The position numbers and the translations under genes were made by a program. This document shows, piece after piece, positions 63,544-64,000 of a stretch of DNA of 64,000 bases (positions are counted from its first letter, which is position 1; each line of letters begins with the position of its first letter). The notes below the pieces were generated by a model. It was not told the DNA's origin. It did not search any database and saw only the letters and a list, made by a program, of their open reading frames with translations. This DNA is from Mobula hypostoma. Lineage: Eukaryota. The stretch covers positions 201,440,001-201,504,000 of the forward strand of contig NC_086097.1 in NCBI RefSeq assembly GCF_963921235.1. The letters are read 5' to 3'.

Positions 63544-64000
63544 GTGAGAATTTGTGATATTTTGCTTTCTAAAACCTACTTTAATTGGATGTACTCTTTT
63601 GTTTTATAAGAAAATAAATATCTTACTTTTATATTTTTCTTGACTCAGATGGCCCACCATGATTAAAGATTATTCATATACTGTTTTATTGACAACCAAT
63701 AATGAAGTATTTGAGTTCTCTCCCACAAAAGAACTAAGACTGATAACTGATAGTTGGTAGTTGATCATTGATAATTATACAATCGTGCCAATTTGTGAAG
63801 AGATTAATTATACTAATATATATACCAACTTATTGGTATTAGTTTCAGGAATACAAATTTCATGTTAGCCTAAACGAAAATGCTATTTAATTGAAATAGT
63901 TATGGTAGTGTTTATATTTTCTTTTCATTCATATTACTGTAAATGTTGAAGCAATCCCCCTCGCCCTCTCCCGCCTCCCCCTCACCCCATTGAACTGCTG

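Overview
Vertebrate nuclear DNA, by its repeat complement probably a cartilaginous fish such as a ray (inference). The window lies inside a + strand ASXL-family gene, most like ASXL1. It holds an 83-nt coding exon (52926-53008) and a probable 3-nt AAG microexon (63541-63543); everything upstream is inferred to be a >52 kb intron. The introns are packed with nested mobile elements: a decayed antisense endogenous retrovirus (~365-11028; two LTRs, tRNA-Ser-like PBS, PPT, pol, gamma-type env) whose RT active-site motif is split by a CR1 LINE; two HERO-like RLE non-LTR retrotransposons; many CR1 and Rex1/Babar LINEs; Penelope-like elements carrying minimal hammerhead ribozymes; two hAT fossils; a mariner foldback MITE; a BEL/Pao fragment; a solo LTR with a ~600 bp CT microsatellite; and tRNA-derived SINEs. 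No CRISPR, rRNA or true tRNA genes were seen. No wholly new system can be demonstrated. The best leads are the ERV, the microexon splice architecture, the intronic hammerheads and a mosaic CR1 pair. Family assignments rest on motifs recognised by eye, and most TE boundaries are approximate.
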